Shown: piece by piece, positions 53,150-64,000 of the stretch
How positions within the stretch are numbered: position 1 is the first letter of the stretch
Layout: each line of letters begins with the position of its first letter
Origin: the human T2T-CHM13v2.0 reference genome, Homo sapiens
Assembly (NCBI RefSeq): GCF_009914755.1
Contig: NC_060945.1
Reading direction: 5' to 3' (one strand)
Length of the DNA: 64,000 bases
Made by a program: the position numbers and the translations under genes
The notes under the pieces: model-generated
What the model was told of the DNA's origin: nothing
The model's input: only the letters and a program-made list of their open reading frames with translations
The model's database searches: none

Positions 53150-56100
53150 TTGCAAGAACAGCAGCAGACTGAGATTGTCCTTCAGTCCTTCCCCAATACA
53201 AATGACCAGAGTAGCCAATAGCCACAAAAAATCTGAGTTCACAAACCAACATGATTAGATATCTGAGGAATACAACTACTGAAAAAGAAATACAACAAGC
53301 TGAACAACAACATACCGACTGTAGCAAAACTACTGGAACACACTGACCAAGATTTTAAAGTAAGCATGACAAATATTCTTAAGGATAAGAGGACACAAAG
53401 GAAGATGTTGAAACATGAAATGAGAATGGGAGTCGTAAGAAAAAATAAAAGAGAAAGCCTTAACTGTAAAAGTATGACTGTCAAAAAATATAAATTGTTG
53501 AGGGATAAATAGTAGTTTGGATACATGTGAAAAGCTAATTAATTTAGAGTTAGAAGATTAGATTGAGAAACTTACCCAGAAAATAGTAGAAAAGAATAAA
53601 GAGAACATACTAAAGAAGAATGTTATGGAGGATAAAAACAGCTATCTAACATCTAGAATATGGAAATCTAAGAAGAAATGAAAACTAAAAATGCAAAATA
53701 AAATGTGAAAATTTATGATGATAAATTTCCCAAAATTCAAGAAAGAAGAAATATATCAGCTTTAAGTATCTAATGGAGACAAAGAGAAAATTCTAACACC
53801 TTCTAGAAACAGCAAAAGACCTATGAGGGCACAAGGACAGACCAACATCATAGCTCTCTGTACCATAAAGAAAGCTTCCACAGGATAAAGTCCACAGGAT
53901 CAATATCATATTGCTATTCTCTGAATATATTGTAATATGATTAGCTTTTTTTAAAAAACCCACATTTGAAACTAAATTACACATTACTGAATGCCTCTTA
54001 TGTTAAAAGGGAAATCACGAAATATTTTAAATACTAAGAACTGATTGATAATAACATGACAAAGTTTGTAGGATACAATGAAGCAATATTTAGAAGAAAA
54101 TTTACCAATATATAAGCATTAATAAGAAGTCAAGATGGTTAAAAGCAAAGAGTACACATTTAAGTAGAGAGGTTGGAAAAGGAACACATGGCAAAGTCTA
54201 TGGAGTAATAAGGAAGCAAAACATAAGGAGGTAAGCATAAGTCACTGAACTGGAGAAGAAAAAACCGTGGAGAAGATTAACAAAACAAAAGTGTGTATCT
54301 TTGCAAAGATTACTACAATAGACCTGTGGCAATAATAATCAAGAACAAACAGAGTGAATATCCAAATAAAATGTACAAGAAGGGAGCATAACTAGAACAC
54401 AACTAAATTTTTTTAAAATAAGATTATTCAATTATATGCTAATAAATGTGAAAACTTAGATGGAATGGAAAAATTCCTAGACGGATATAAAACACTAACA
54501 TTAGTGCAAGAAAATATATTTATATAGAAATAGAATACTCAAGTAACAAAGAAATCAACCTAGTATTTAAAGCCCTTCCCTCTCCCAAACACCACAGGGC
54601 CCACATAGGTATTTTTCAAAATTTTTTAGAATATTGACATACTTACTACAAAATCTATGTCAACATATAAAGGCTCCATTAATAACTTAACTAATCATGC
54701 TAATAAAAAAAGGTGTAGGGATGCCATAAGTATCAATGGACCAAAATATTGAGCTCAGAGATAAACCTATGTGGATATATGTCATTGACAATGATTACAT
54801 AAACAAGGAAAAAGGATGAACTGTTTCATAGATGGTATTTGGAAAATCAGCCTACCACTGGGAGACAAATGAAACCAAATCCCCACCTAACACCATATTG
54901 AAGGGTAGACTCTAAGTAGATTAAAGCATTAAATGTGTAAATTAAAACTATGAGGATTAGAAATTACCTTTGTAGACTGAAAGTGGGAAAATTTCAAACT
55001 TCAAAAGTAAAATAATAAGGCAAAAAGTTATTTCATGAAGAGAATGAAGAACAACAATGCCAAAGCTAACAGGCAGATGACGGATTAGAGCACATAACTT
55101 CAATGTCTCAAACTGATATGAAGGATGATTTGAATACATAAAGCGATAGTCCAAACTTTTGAATGGGATTCCATGCATCTGAGTCTGTTTAGTGTTGCCA
55201 TAAGGGATACCTGAGGCTGGGTAATTTATAAAGAAAAGAGGTTTATTTGGCTCACAGTTGTGTGCTGCACAAGAAGCCTGATGCCAACATCTGCTTCTGA
55301 GGCTGCTCCCATTTATGGTGGAAGATGAAGGGGAACTGACACGTGCAGAGATCAAATGGCAAGAGGGGAATCAAGGTGCGGGAAGCCGCTTGTCTCTTTT
55401 TAAACCACCAGCTCTTGCAAGAACTAATAGAGTGAGTACTCACTCACCCTCACTCCAAGGGAGGGAATTAATCTATTCATCTTCCAAACACCTTCCATTA
55501 GGCCCCACCTCCGACATTGGGGATCAAATTTCAACATACGGTTTGGGGGTACAAATCTCCAAACAATAACACCATGTTTTTAATGTTACTAAAAAGAGTG
55601 AATTCTTGCTATATTGTTTACAGATGTAACATAATCACTTTGAAAATTAAACATAATTTTAAAAGAAATTTGATTAACTTATTCTAAAATATAAAATATT
55701 CAAAAACAGCACACGTAAATTAACAAGACAAAGATAGGAACACTAGTGGAAAAACGGGCTAAGTTCATGAATGGACCATTACAGAAGAAATCCCAAATGC
55801 TATAAGAACATAAAATGATGCTCAAATTCATAAGTTATCACATAAATTCAAAGTAAAACATAATGCAATATGTTACCATCTATTAGACTGATTATATAAA
55901 TTGGAAAGTTTGATAATGTCAAGTGTTGTTGTGAATGTGTATGTGTAGGAACCATCATGCATTATTCAGGAGATGCAGACTGGTATAACCATTGTGAGAG
56001 CAATAGGCAGTATTCAGTCAAATTCAAAATATGCAATCCCATGGCCCATCAAGTCCTGTTTCATATTCCTACAGAAATACTCAAACAGGTCTATAGGGGT

Positions 56101-57000
56101 CTGGCATAAGGATAATTATTTAGCGGCACTCTTTGTGAAGGCAAATGGTAGGAAGCAATATATGTGTTCCTCACTAGGGGATGCATGCTGTGCAATTTTT
56201 CATACCAGTTAAAAGCAACAACGAAAGGTATGCACAAGAAGAATAATCTTATGTTACTATGCAAAAAACTAACAAAATGAGATACAACTTAATACCATTT
56301 AAGTAAATTTAAAAACATATAGGCAAAACAATAATACATAGTTTACAGAACACATATAAATGTATATACTGTGTATTAAACATATTAAAATTGTTGCATA
56401 TGTGCATATATCTGTATATGTCAATATGTATATCTGTACTCTCATCTAGATATTAAAAAGGCCTACAAGTAGCAATGAGCCAATGGCAATCAGCATACCA
56501 AATGCAAAATATTGATTGGTTTCTAAAGGGCATGAGGTTCTTTGGGTAAATGGCTGATTCCAGGGCTGGGGAAATGCTCAAAAAGTGATGGGAACATGTC
56601 AAGTCAAAAGGACACAGGGGCTAGCTTTTAGGGAGTCCCACTGGCCAAATATGAGACCATTTAAAGATCAAAATAAATAATGACAGAAAGGATTGTAATT
56701 CATTGAAATAATGTAAGAATTTATAAGTTCATAGTAATAGTGAACAAATAGGGGTAGGAATAGCTCTCCTTATAATAGAATGATACTTATTAAACACAGA
56801 AAAACTACTTTTTTTAAAAAAAAAATCACCATTTTGTAATGATCACAGTTACAACTGATTCACATAAAAATCAATGAATGCTAAAACTAGGGCATGAAAG
56901 TTTTATGTGGAACAGGATACTGAACATTGAAAATAGTTTTAACATAGACTGAAAGTATCTCCCCCCAACATGGATATTAATTATAAACTGAATAATATTT
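53150..57000 (+). mobile_element. old L1M fragments
   Basis: A-rich decayed ORF1/ORF2/3' UTR similarity; boundaries approximate. Confidence 0.55.
55174..55572 (-). mobile_element. MST-family MaLR LTR
   Basis: gatacctgaggctgggtaatttataaagaaaagaggtttatttggctcacag ... ggccccacctcc..cattggggatcaaatttcaacat. Confidence 0.85.
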
Positions 57001-57643
57001 ACTTGTCAGCGAATAAATCTGGCAATACCTCTCAACCACAATAGAGATATGAACCATAAAACAGTGTAATATTCAATAGAGGAGTTACTTAATCTGAAAG
57101 TGGTATTCAATTCCCTCATCTATCCTTTAAAAGGCCATGAAATTATTTCCTGTCATCTCATATAAAAGATGTTGTAATATTCTAAGAGCTTGCATTTAGG
57201 TTGTCTCTGAAAAGAGTCTGATGAATAACTTAACAATAAGAAAGTGAATGCTGAGATTTTAGAGTGAACAGACATTTTAATCTCACAGTCTACTTTTGTG
57301 TTAACTCACCCCTCTCACATTTCAAAAATATCTAAAAGTAGCTGTTAGACATTCTATTAAGTCCTCCTGGTGAAAATGGAAATGTTTGGATATTCCATCT
57401 TTGCATCATCTTCCTATATCCCACTTTTAAACATTTTTGGCATTGAAACTTATCCTTCAAATGAACTTTTAGATATCACACATGCTTAGTAAACTTCAAA
57501 TCTGCAAGTGGTGAACAGATAATCTGCACAGGAAACACTTTTTTTTTTTTTTTTTTGAGACAGAGTTTTGCTCTGTCATCGAGGCTGCAGTGCAGCAGTG
57601 CTGTCTCAGCTCACTGCAACTTCTGCTTCCCGGATTCAAGTGA

Positions 57644-57847
<204 letters not shown>

Positions 57848-58425
57848 TGACAAACACACCAGCATTTCCTTTTGTAGAATCCTTGGGCCATATTAAGGGT
57901 ATTGTTAAGCTGCCATCTCATAAAGTATACAGAATAAAACACTAATTTGGGGAGACGTTAAAAGGGAATAGTAACAACAGCAGCAGCACTTGTTTTATTT
58001 AAATGTGGAAAATTAATTCAAAATATAAAAAAATATTTTGGTGACTATATTGGTAATCTTACGATAAGAAGTAACTTTCTGAGTATAACACAAACAGCAT
58101 CAGTTATAAAAGTACCAATTATATTTGAACACATGAAGCTTATTATAAAGCTCTATGTAAGGTTGCTGCATTTTACTTCAAACATCAAATGCAAAAATAT
58201 ATTAGAGATTTGCCACATGGAGCGGTGATATGACCAACTTATTTGAACAACAAAATTCCTTGAATCTAAAAGATATGGTAAATATGACTTAGCTTACTTA
58301 AAACCCAACTTTTTAGAAAGAATTTTAGAATCAGTGTCCAGAAAACTATTTTCCCATGAATAATTCTGAGACTGAATTTCACAAACCTGAATTCCTCCCA
58401 TCTCCAATATATATTATGACATCCC

Positions 58426-58479
58426 CTTTCATTGTTGACTCCAGCACAGATTTCTGATGTCAATTCATTGGAGTCAGTG
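58426..58479 (-). pseudogene. fossil 54-nt micro-exon TDSNELTSEICAGVNNE, both splice sites mutated
   Basis: Open phase-2 frame; acceptor reads TG, donor reads GG. Confidence 0.7.
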
Positions 58480-59328
58480 CAAAGGATTGAAAGGTAAATA
58501 GTAAGAAACAACATAAATGTATACACGATTTTTTTTTTTTGGTTCAAATTGGCTATGATTGCGCTACAAATTACAATGTGTTGTCCCTAAAAATTCTCAT
58601 GTAAATCTGTTATTTGGCACCTGGTACTTGATTTTTCTCTAGAAAGAAGTCTCTATGTGTTGGTAATAAAAATTGTTTAGGACTCTCAAAAAAGTTTAAT
58701 GAATCAAGATTTAAATACAATTATTACTGAACCTGATCATCATGTGTGGCAGCAAATTTAACTTAAATTTCCTTCAAATTCATGTCCCATTTGTAGGCAC
58801 ACATTATTCTTGCCCATTTTGATTTCCTAATTATCAAGTCCCTCCACCACCTTCATGCTCTTCATGAGTCACAGATATCTTTGCTTCTCCTCAAATAGGA
58901 TCAAGTGACTAAACCTGAGGCAGGGGCTCCATCCAATGTGATGATGGCTTTGAGTTTGGGGCACCAGCTCTGAAGGGTGAGGGACAGATACAGGGTCTCT
59001 TAGCTCCTTTCTTGCTGCTGAGGGCTCCTCTGCTGCCTGTCCAATGCTACCACCTTCTTTCTCCAAGTAGGATTCTCTCCTCTCTTGGACCACTCTTGAA
59101 GAGAGTCTCATACACAGGCATTCTGATAGTTTCCTAAGGTTTTGGCTGCTAATTACTTAGAGTCACAAACAATCTTTGAGTACCAAGCATCCTTCTTCTG
59201 ACCTGATCTTATTTTTTCCACTCTGGTTCAAAAACAATGTTACCAAAGATGCTTAAAGTCTCTGATAGAAAGCTGTTATTGCCATTGATGCTCCCAGTAT
59301 TTTTCACCACTTAGATCAGTCAACTCAC

Positions 59329-59386
59329 CCATTGTGGTCATAGTTGTCAAGAGCATACAGTAGAATCTGGTAGTGAATCCATAACT
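59329..59386 (-). other. TPTE: 5'-UTR exon (58 nt) with upstream ATGs
   Basis: Acceptor ttactctttggtag|AG and donor TGG|gtgagt. The downstream intron is homologous to the micro-exon repeat unit. Confidence 0.75.
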
Positions 59387-59551
59387 CTACCAAAGAGTAA
59401 AAAGCACATACAAAAAATAAAGTCAGATATTTTGGAAGGCAATGAGGATGTTAATCTCAACAGTATTTCAGGACACAAAAAATAAAATCGGAGGAATTTT
59501 GACAAGAACTAAAGAAACAATTTCAGGATACAGCACTAGTACTTCTGAGAC

Positions 59552-59569
59552 TGTGTGTGTGTGTGTGTC

Positions 59570-59606
<37 letters not shown>
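59552..59606. repeat. (TG)n(AG)n compound microsatellite
   Basis: Seen directly. Confidence 0.9.
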
Positions 59607-59607
<1 letters not shown>

Positions 59608-62052
59608 GGGACACAGAAAAAAGAAAGAAAATGTAAGAATAATGAATGTTTCTATATCAATGGCTAGTTCCCGGTCATCCTTGGTAGGAAATAAACAAGT
59701 AGATAAGTCAAGCCTTAATTATGTTTAAAACATTTTGTGAACTTAAAGTGGATTATGTGTTTACAATGATTTTGTTTTCTCTTTGTCTGGATTCATTTTT
59801 TTAAAGTTATATGGCTATGTTTTACAATATCAAGACTTCCTAGCACCGAAACCCCTGGCTTGGCTAATTTAATCTCTCTGCTACTTCATTTCCTCATCTG
59901 TAAGTTAAGACACATGCAAAATACACTCCACATCTGTCAACTTCATAAAACCATGCTGAATATTCAGCATTTTGCCAATATTGGTTTTTAGACAACCTGC
60001 TCTCTACACCATATATTATGCCATAAAAATCAGTATGTGGCAATATAAACGGATACACATTTTTAGTTTCAAATACACAAACATTCTCATCAAGGTAATA
60101 CACTCCCAAGACTCAAGAATTAATGCTCTTCACCACAATTTTCTAACTTTTCAAACGTTTAAATAAGTTTAAGAAACTGATCACATACATTTTTTTGCTG
60201 CTGATAACAACTGGGATTCTCTAAGAGTGTGCTGAGGTTTCTTAACCTATTTGACCACAGAACCTCTTTCTCACAGTGGAAATGTGTGAGAAACACATTT
60301 TGGAAACAATATATTAAATGGTATCTTTTTATGTCTTTAAGAAAAGTTCCCCTACACAAACTAATTTTGGACTCTGATCAATAGCTCCAACCTTTAAGCA
60401 CAGATAGACATTAATATTGTGCTAGTCTTTCAGCCTGTGAGGAAAGGAGTGCCAGAGTTCAAATTATCGCATCTCGTTAGCCTGGTCTGAGGGCCATGAG
60501 GGGAACCTTTCAAGTTCTAAGTGGGTGTTCTCATGTCCTTGAATGGCTCCTGGAAATTCATCCAGGTCTCAGGAAAAACAATAACCTTTTACAAAAAGAA
60601 AGGCATCTATAGGCATCCGCTACTTTTCAGCAGGATGAATAATTGGATTGTCTATGCAGAATACACTAATAAATCATAACAGGGGAAAATGTTCAAAACA
60701 CCAAAAAGGTAAGAATTTGAGTTTCTGACATAAGCAGCCTTATTAAATGATTACTAGATTTTTCAGACATCCTCTACTGAGGAAGAGAACTGGAAGACAC
60801 TCAAATTACTCCAGATTCAGGTGACAAGCCAGGATTGCTAAGCAAGTTCCTTGGGAAACTAATCTCCAAAAAGGGCACGAGACATCCATAGATGTTACCT
60901 GAACTCCAGGGAGAGTACTGCATGAAGTCTGAAATAATACTTTGATAAGCTGCTTTGGGGCACAGAATGACTTCCCTCATGGGACATGAATAAGTAACTA
61001 GCTAAATTGCCCCCTAAGGAAGGTGAGAATTGCAAACCGTCCTAAACTGAAGTGGTCATGCAGAATTCTTAAATGCTTTTTGGTAGATAGGAGCAACCAC
61101 AGAAGTTTGAGTTAGCTGAAGGTTAGCTACACCTTTATAATCATGCTACCAGGTTATAATGAAAAGTAGGTCTCCGACCAAATCTGCCACACATACAGAT
61201 ATTCATTTAACAAAACATTCAGTAGCAAGCAGACACAGTATATAAGCTTCTGTAAGCTTTCCGCACTTTAGGTACTCCAAGCATGAAAGCTTCATTCTCA
61301 ACAGATTCCTAATGTTTCAGAGGCCAAAATCTTCCTAAACCTTCCTGGAGATAGGACCATATGAGGATCAAGCCTTGGGTGTCGTCTCTAAATATACACT
61401 ACAGGCCACCCTCATACACCTTTATCCTGTTTATGCAAGGGTGGGCTGTCTCCAAAACACGTTAGTTGATTCACAGATCTTAAAAGGTCATATAATTGTA
61501 ACATCCATCATGCTGCTTTGTAAGCCGCCAATTTCACTAATAAAAACCCATTTGTGACCTTCACTGTAATAATTAACAATGTTTCAGGTGTTAATTGAGA
61601 TGGGACCACTGAAGCCCTTTTGGTGGCCATCTCTGTGGAGTGGCTTCCTGAGCTGAACACTAGCTTACCATCCTTGAACAGAGCATCCAACATTAGGGCA
61701 ACCAGCTGCCCCTGTAGGAAAGATTAAAGTGACCAGTATATGCATATTATCACACTGCCTAAAATGTCATAGAATGAGGCTTGGTTTGTTTTTTAAATTT
61801 TTTCTATTTCTATTATTTTTCTATCGAATTATTTTTCTATTTTTATTTGCTGGGTCACAGACAACAGCAAATTCCATACCTTCAGAGTTATACCAGCTCA
61901 TCTGCAGTAGGAGTAGAAATATCAAAGCTCTCAGTCTACCACCTTGTGCTCCAGAGATGTGGCCCAAGCACATCTTTGGACGTGAACCAGGGCAACCCAA
62001 GGCAGAGCTGGATTTCTGGGAGTTTCTCCCTATAAGCCCTGGACATGCTTAC

Positions 62053-62161
62053 CTATACACCAGACTGCTTCCAGAGCCACTGCCGGTCAGAAGAGCCTGG
62101 GGTGTGTTCAGCTGCTAGAATAACACAAGTCTGAGGTCTTGTGTCGTCGGTCCAACATTCT
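62053..62161 (-). other. TPTE: putative 5'-UTR exon
   Basis: Minus-strand acceptor aatttctccctcttag|AG and strong donor TAG|gtaagc. Confidence 0.6.
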
Positions 62162-62749
62162 CTAAGAGGGAGAAATTTAATCAAGATCCTGTTAGCAGTT
62201 TTCTCTCTTGTTGCCTTTCAAGATTATGGCTTTTCCTTTTTTCATTTTTTTAGTTCCCAAAACCAAGCTTGTTAAATCAAATCTTGACCCAATTCCTGGC
62301 AAGTAACAAGGTTATTGCTATTTGGCCTTACACCCACGGGTTGTCCCCCAGTACCGTGAGGGTAAGGGGACTCTGTAAGGTCCCTGGGAGGGGAAAGGAA
62401 TGTCAATTAGTGGTCCCCCCAGCTGGGTATAAGCAAACTTTCCTGTCTATGGGCCGCAGAGACCACCATCTAGTTCCCCCGCCAAAACTTTACATGATTT
62501 TAATTCTCCTGATGAAGATGAGAGGATAACAGCCAACAGAGAGGGCAGAGGATGGGATGGGACTCCCTTGCTCAGAGACCTCACCTCTAGGTCTTTACCT
62601 CCTATTGAGAATAAGTCAGTTCTGTAGTAAGAACTCTGTGTCCACGGCAACCCCAAACAGAATCCTAGCGCTCTTGTGATTCTTGTAGAATGGGGAATAG
62701 AACGAGCTTGGCCCAAGACTGCACAGACTTAAAAACATACTATTCTTTG

Positions 62750-63437
62750 AAAATGGCAATCATTAAAAAGTCAGGAAACAACAGGTGCTGGAGAGGATGT
62801 GGAGAAATAGGAACACTTTTACACTGTTGGTGGGACTGTAAACTAGTTCAACCATGGTGGAAGTCAGTGTGGCGATTCCTCAGGGATCTAGAACTAGAAA
62901 TACCATTTGACCCAGCCATCCCATTACTGGGTATATACCCAAAGGACTATAAATCATGCTGCTATACAGACACATGCACACGTATGTTTACTGCAGCACT
63001 ATTCACAATAGCAAAGACTTGGAACCAACCCAAATGTCCAACAATGATAGACTGGATTAAGAAAATGTGGCACATATACACCATGGAATACTATGCAGCC
63101 ATAAAAAATGATGAGTTCATGTCCTTTGTAGGGACATGGATGAAATTGGAAATCATTCTCAGTAAACTATCGCAAGAACAAAAAACCAAACACTGCATAT
63201 TCTCACTCATAGGTGGGAACTGAACAATGAGAACACGTGGACCCAGGAAGGGGAACATCACACTCTGGGGACTGTTGTGGGGTGGGGGGAGGGGGGAGGG
63301 ATAGCATTGGGAGATATACCAAATGCTAGATGAGGAGTTAGTGGGTGCAGCGCACCAGCATGTCACACGTTTACATATGTAACTAACCTGCACATTGTGC
63401 ACATGTACCCTAAAACTTAAAGTATAATAAAAAAAAA
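62750..63437 (+). mobile_element. young 5'-truncated L1PA
   Basis: Nearly intact ORF2 C-terminus ([17 protein letters not shown]...SLIGGN*), 3' UTR, polyA, TSD-like ATACTRTTCT. Confidence 0.92.
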
Positions 63438-64000
63438 TACTGTTCTGCCATACATACAGATACTCATTAAAGATGAGGGAGAAGGGCATGGGGTGGGGGA
63501 GAATGTACCAAAACCAAAGACCACAGGATAATAACCTCAGAGCAGAGACTATCTCTCTAGTTATTTTTTCTTTTGTATGTAATGGAGAGGATTATTATTT
63601 ACTCTGATGAAGAAGTTTACATCAAGTGTTCAGCTTCCTTTGTGGGTTACAGAGAATAACCAGAGGGCTCAGTTATGCTCTCTGAATAACTATGTTTGCT
63701 TAGTGTTTTCTAAACAATATTAAATTTCACTAAAATAGACAAGGTTGATAGGACTTGGGGGCATAACTCATTGACTCAAGCTATCATTTTATAGGATTGT
63801 GAGAAAACAAATAGATGAACATTTAAAATACACTCATATTCTCGCTAGAAAAGAGGATTTTGAATATTCTTACATCAAAGACATGGTAAATGTTTAAGGC
63901 AATGGATATGCTAATTACCATGATTTGATCATTATGCAATGTAAAATGTACTGAAACATCACATTGTACCTCATAAATATGTACAATTTATTATGTGCGA

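Noticed and set aside
58266-58547. 93-aa minus-strand ORF as a gene
   Set aside because: It only reads through a fossil micro-exon whose splice sites are both mutated. The flanks are intron-like.
62690-63223. 177-aa ORF as a gene
   Set aside because: It is the L1 ORF2 C-terminus of a 5'-truncated insertion, with a chance upstream ATG.

Overview
Human (AluYb8-containing) repeat-rich genomic DNA carrying most of a TPTE gene (transmembrane phosphatase with tensin homology; voltage-sensor domain plus PTEN-like phosphatase) on the minus strand. Two 5'-UTR exons and 14 coding exons with GT-AG boundaries join in frame to give codons 1-342, from MNESPDPTDL to the P-loop HCKGGT. The remaining 3' exons, and probably exon 1, lie outside the window. 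The main observation is an array of at least 12 paralogous, mostly 54-nt, phase-2 micro-exons at about 40.8-59.4 kb, each in a duplicated intron unit. Only four are used in the known TPTE coding sequence. Five others keep open frames and AG/GT sites, and further copies are decayed or inverted. An upstream strong-context ATG is out of frame by one base. Together these look like a silenced or cryptic N-terminal repeat domain. The introns also hold an ancestral-type cytochrome c retrocopy fused to a possibly spliced L1, a perfect 27-bp inverted repeat, an AluYb8 beside a branch point, and nested Tigger1, L1, MaLR and Alu elements.
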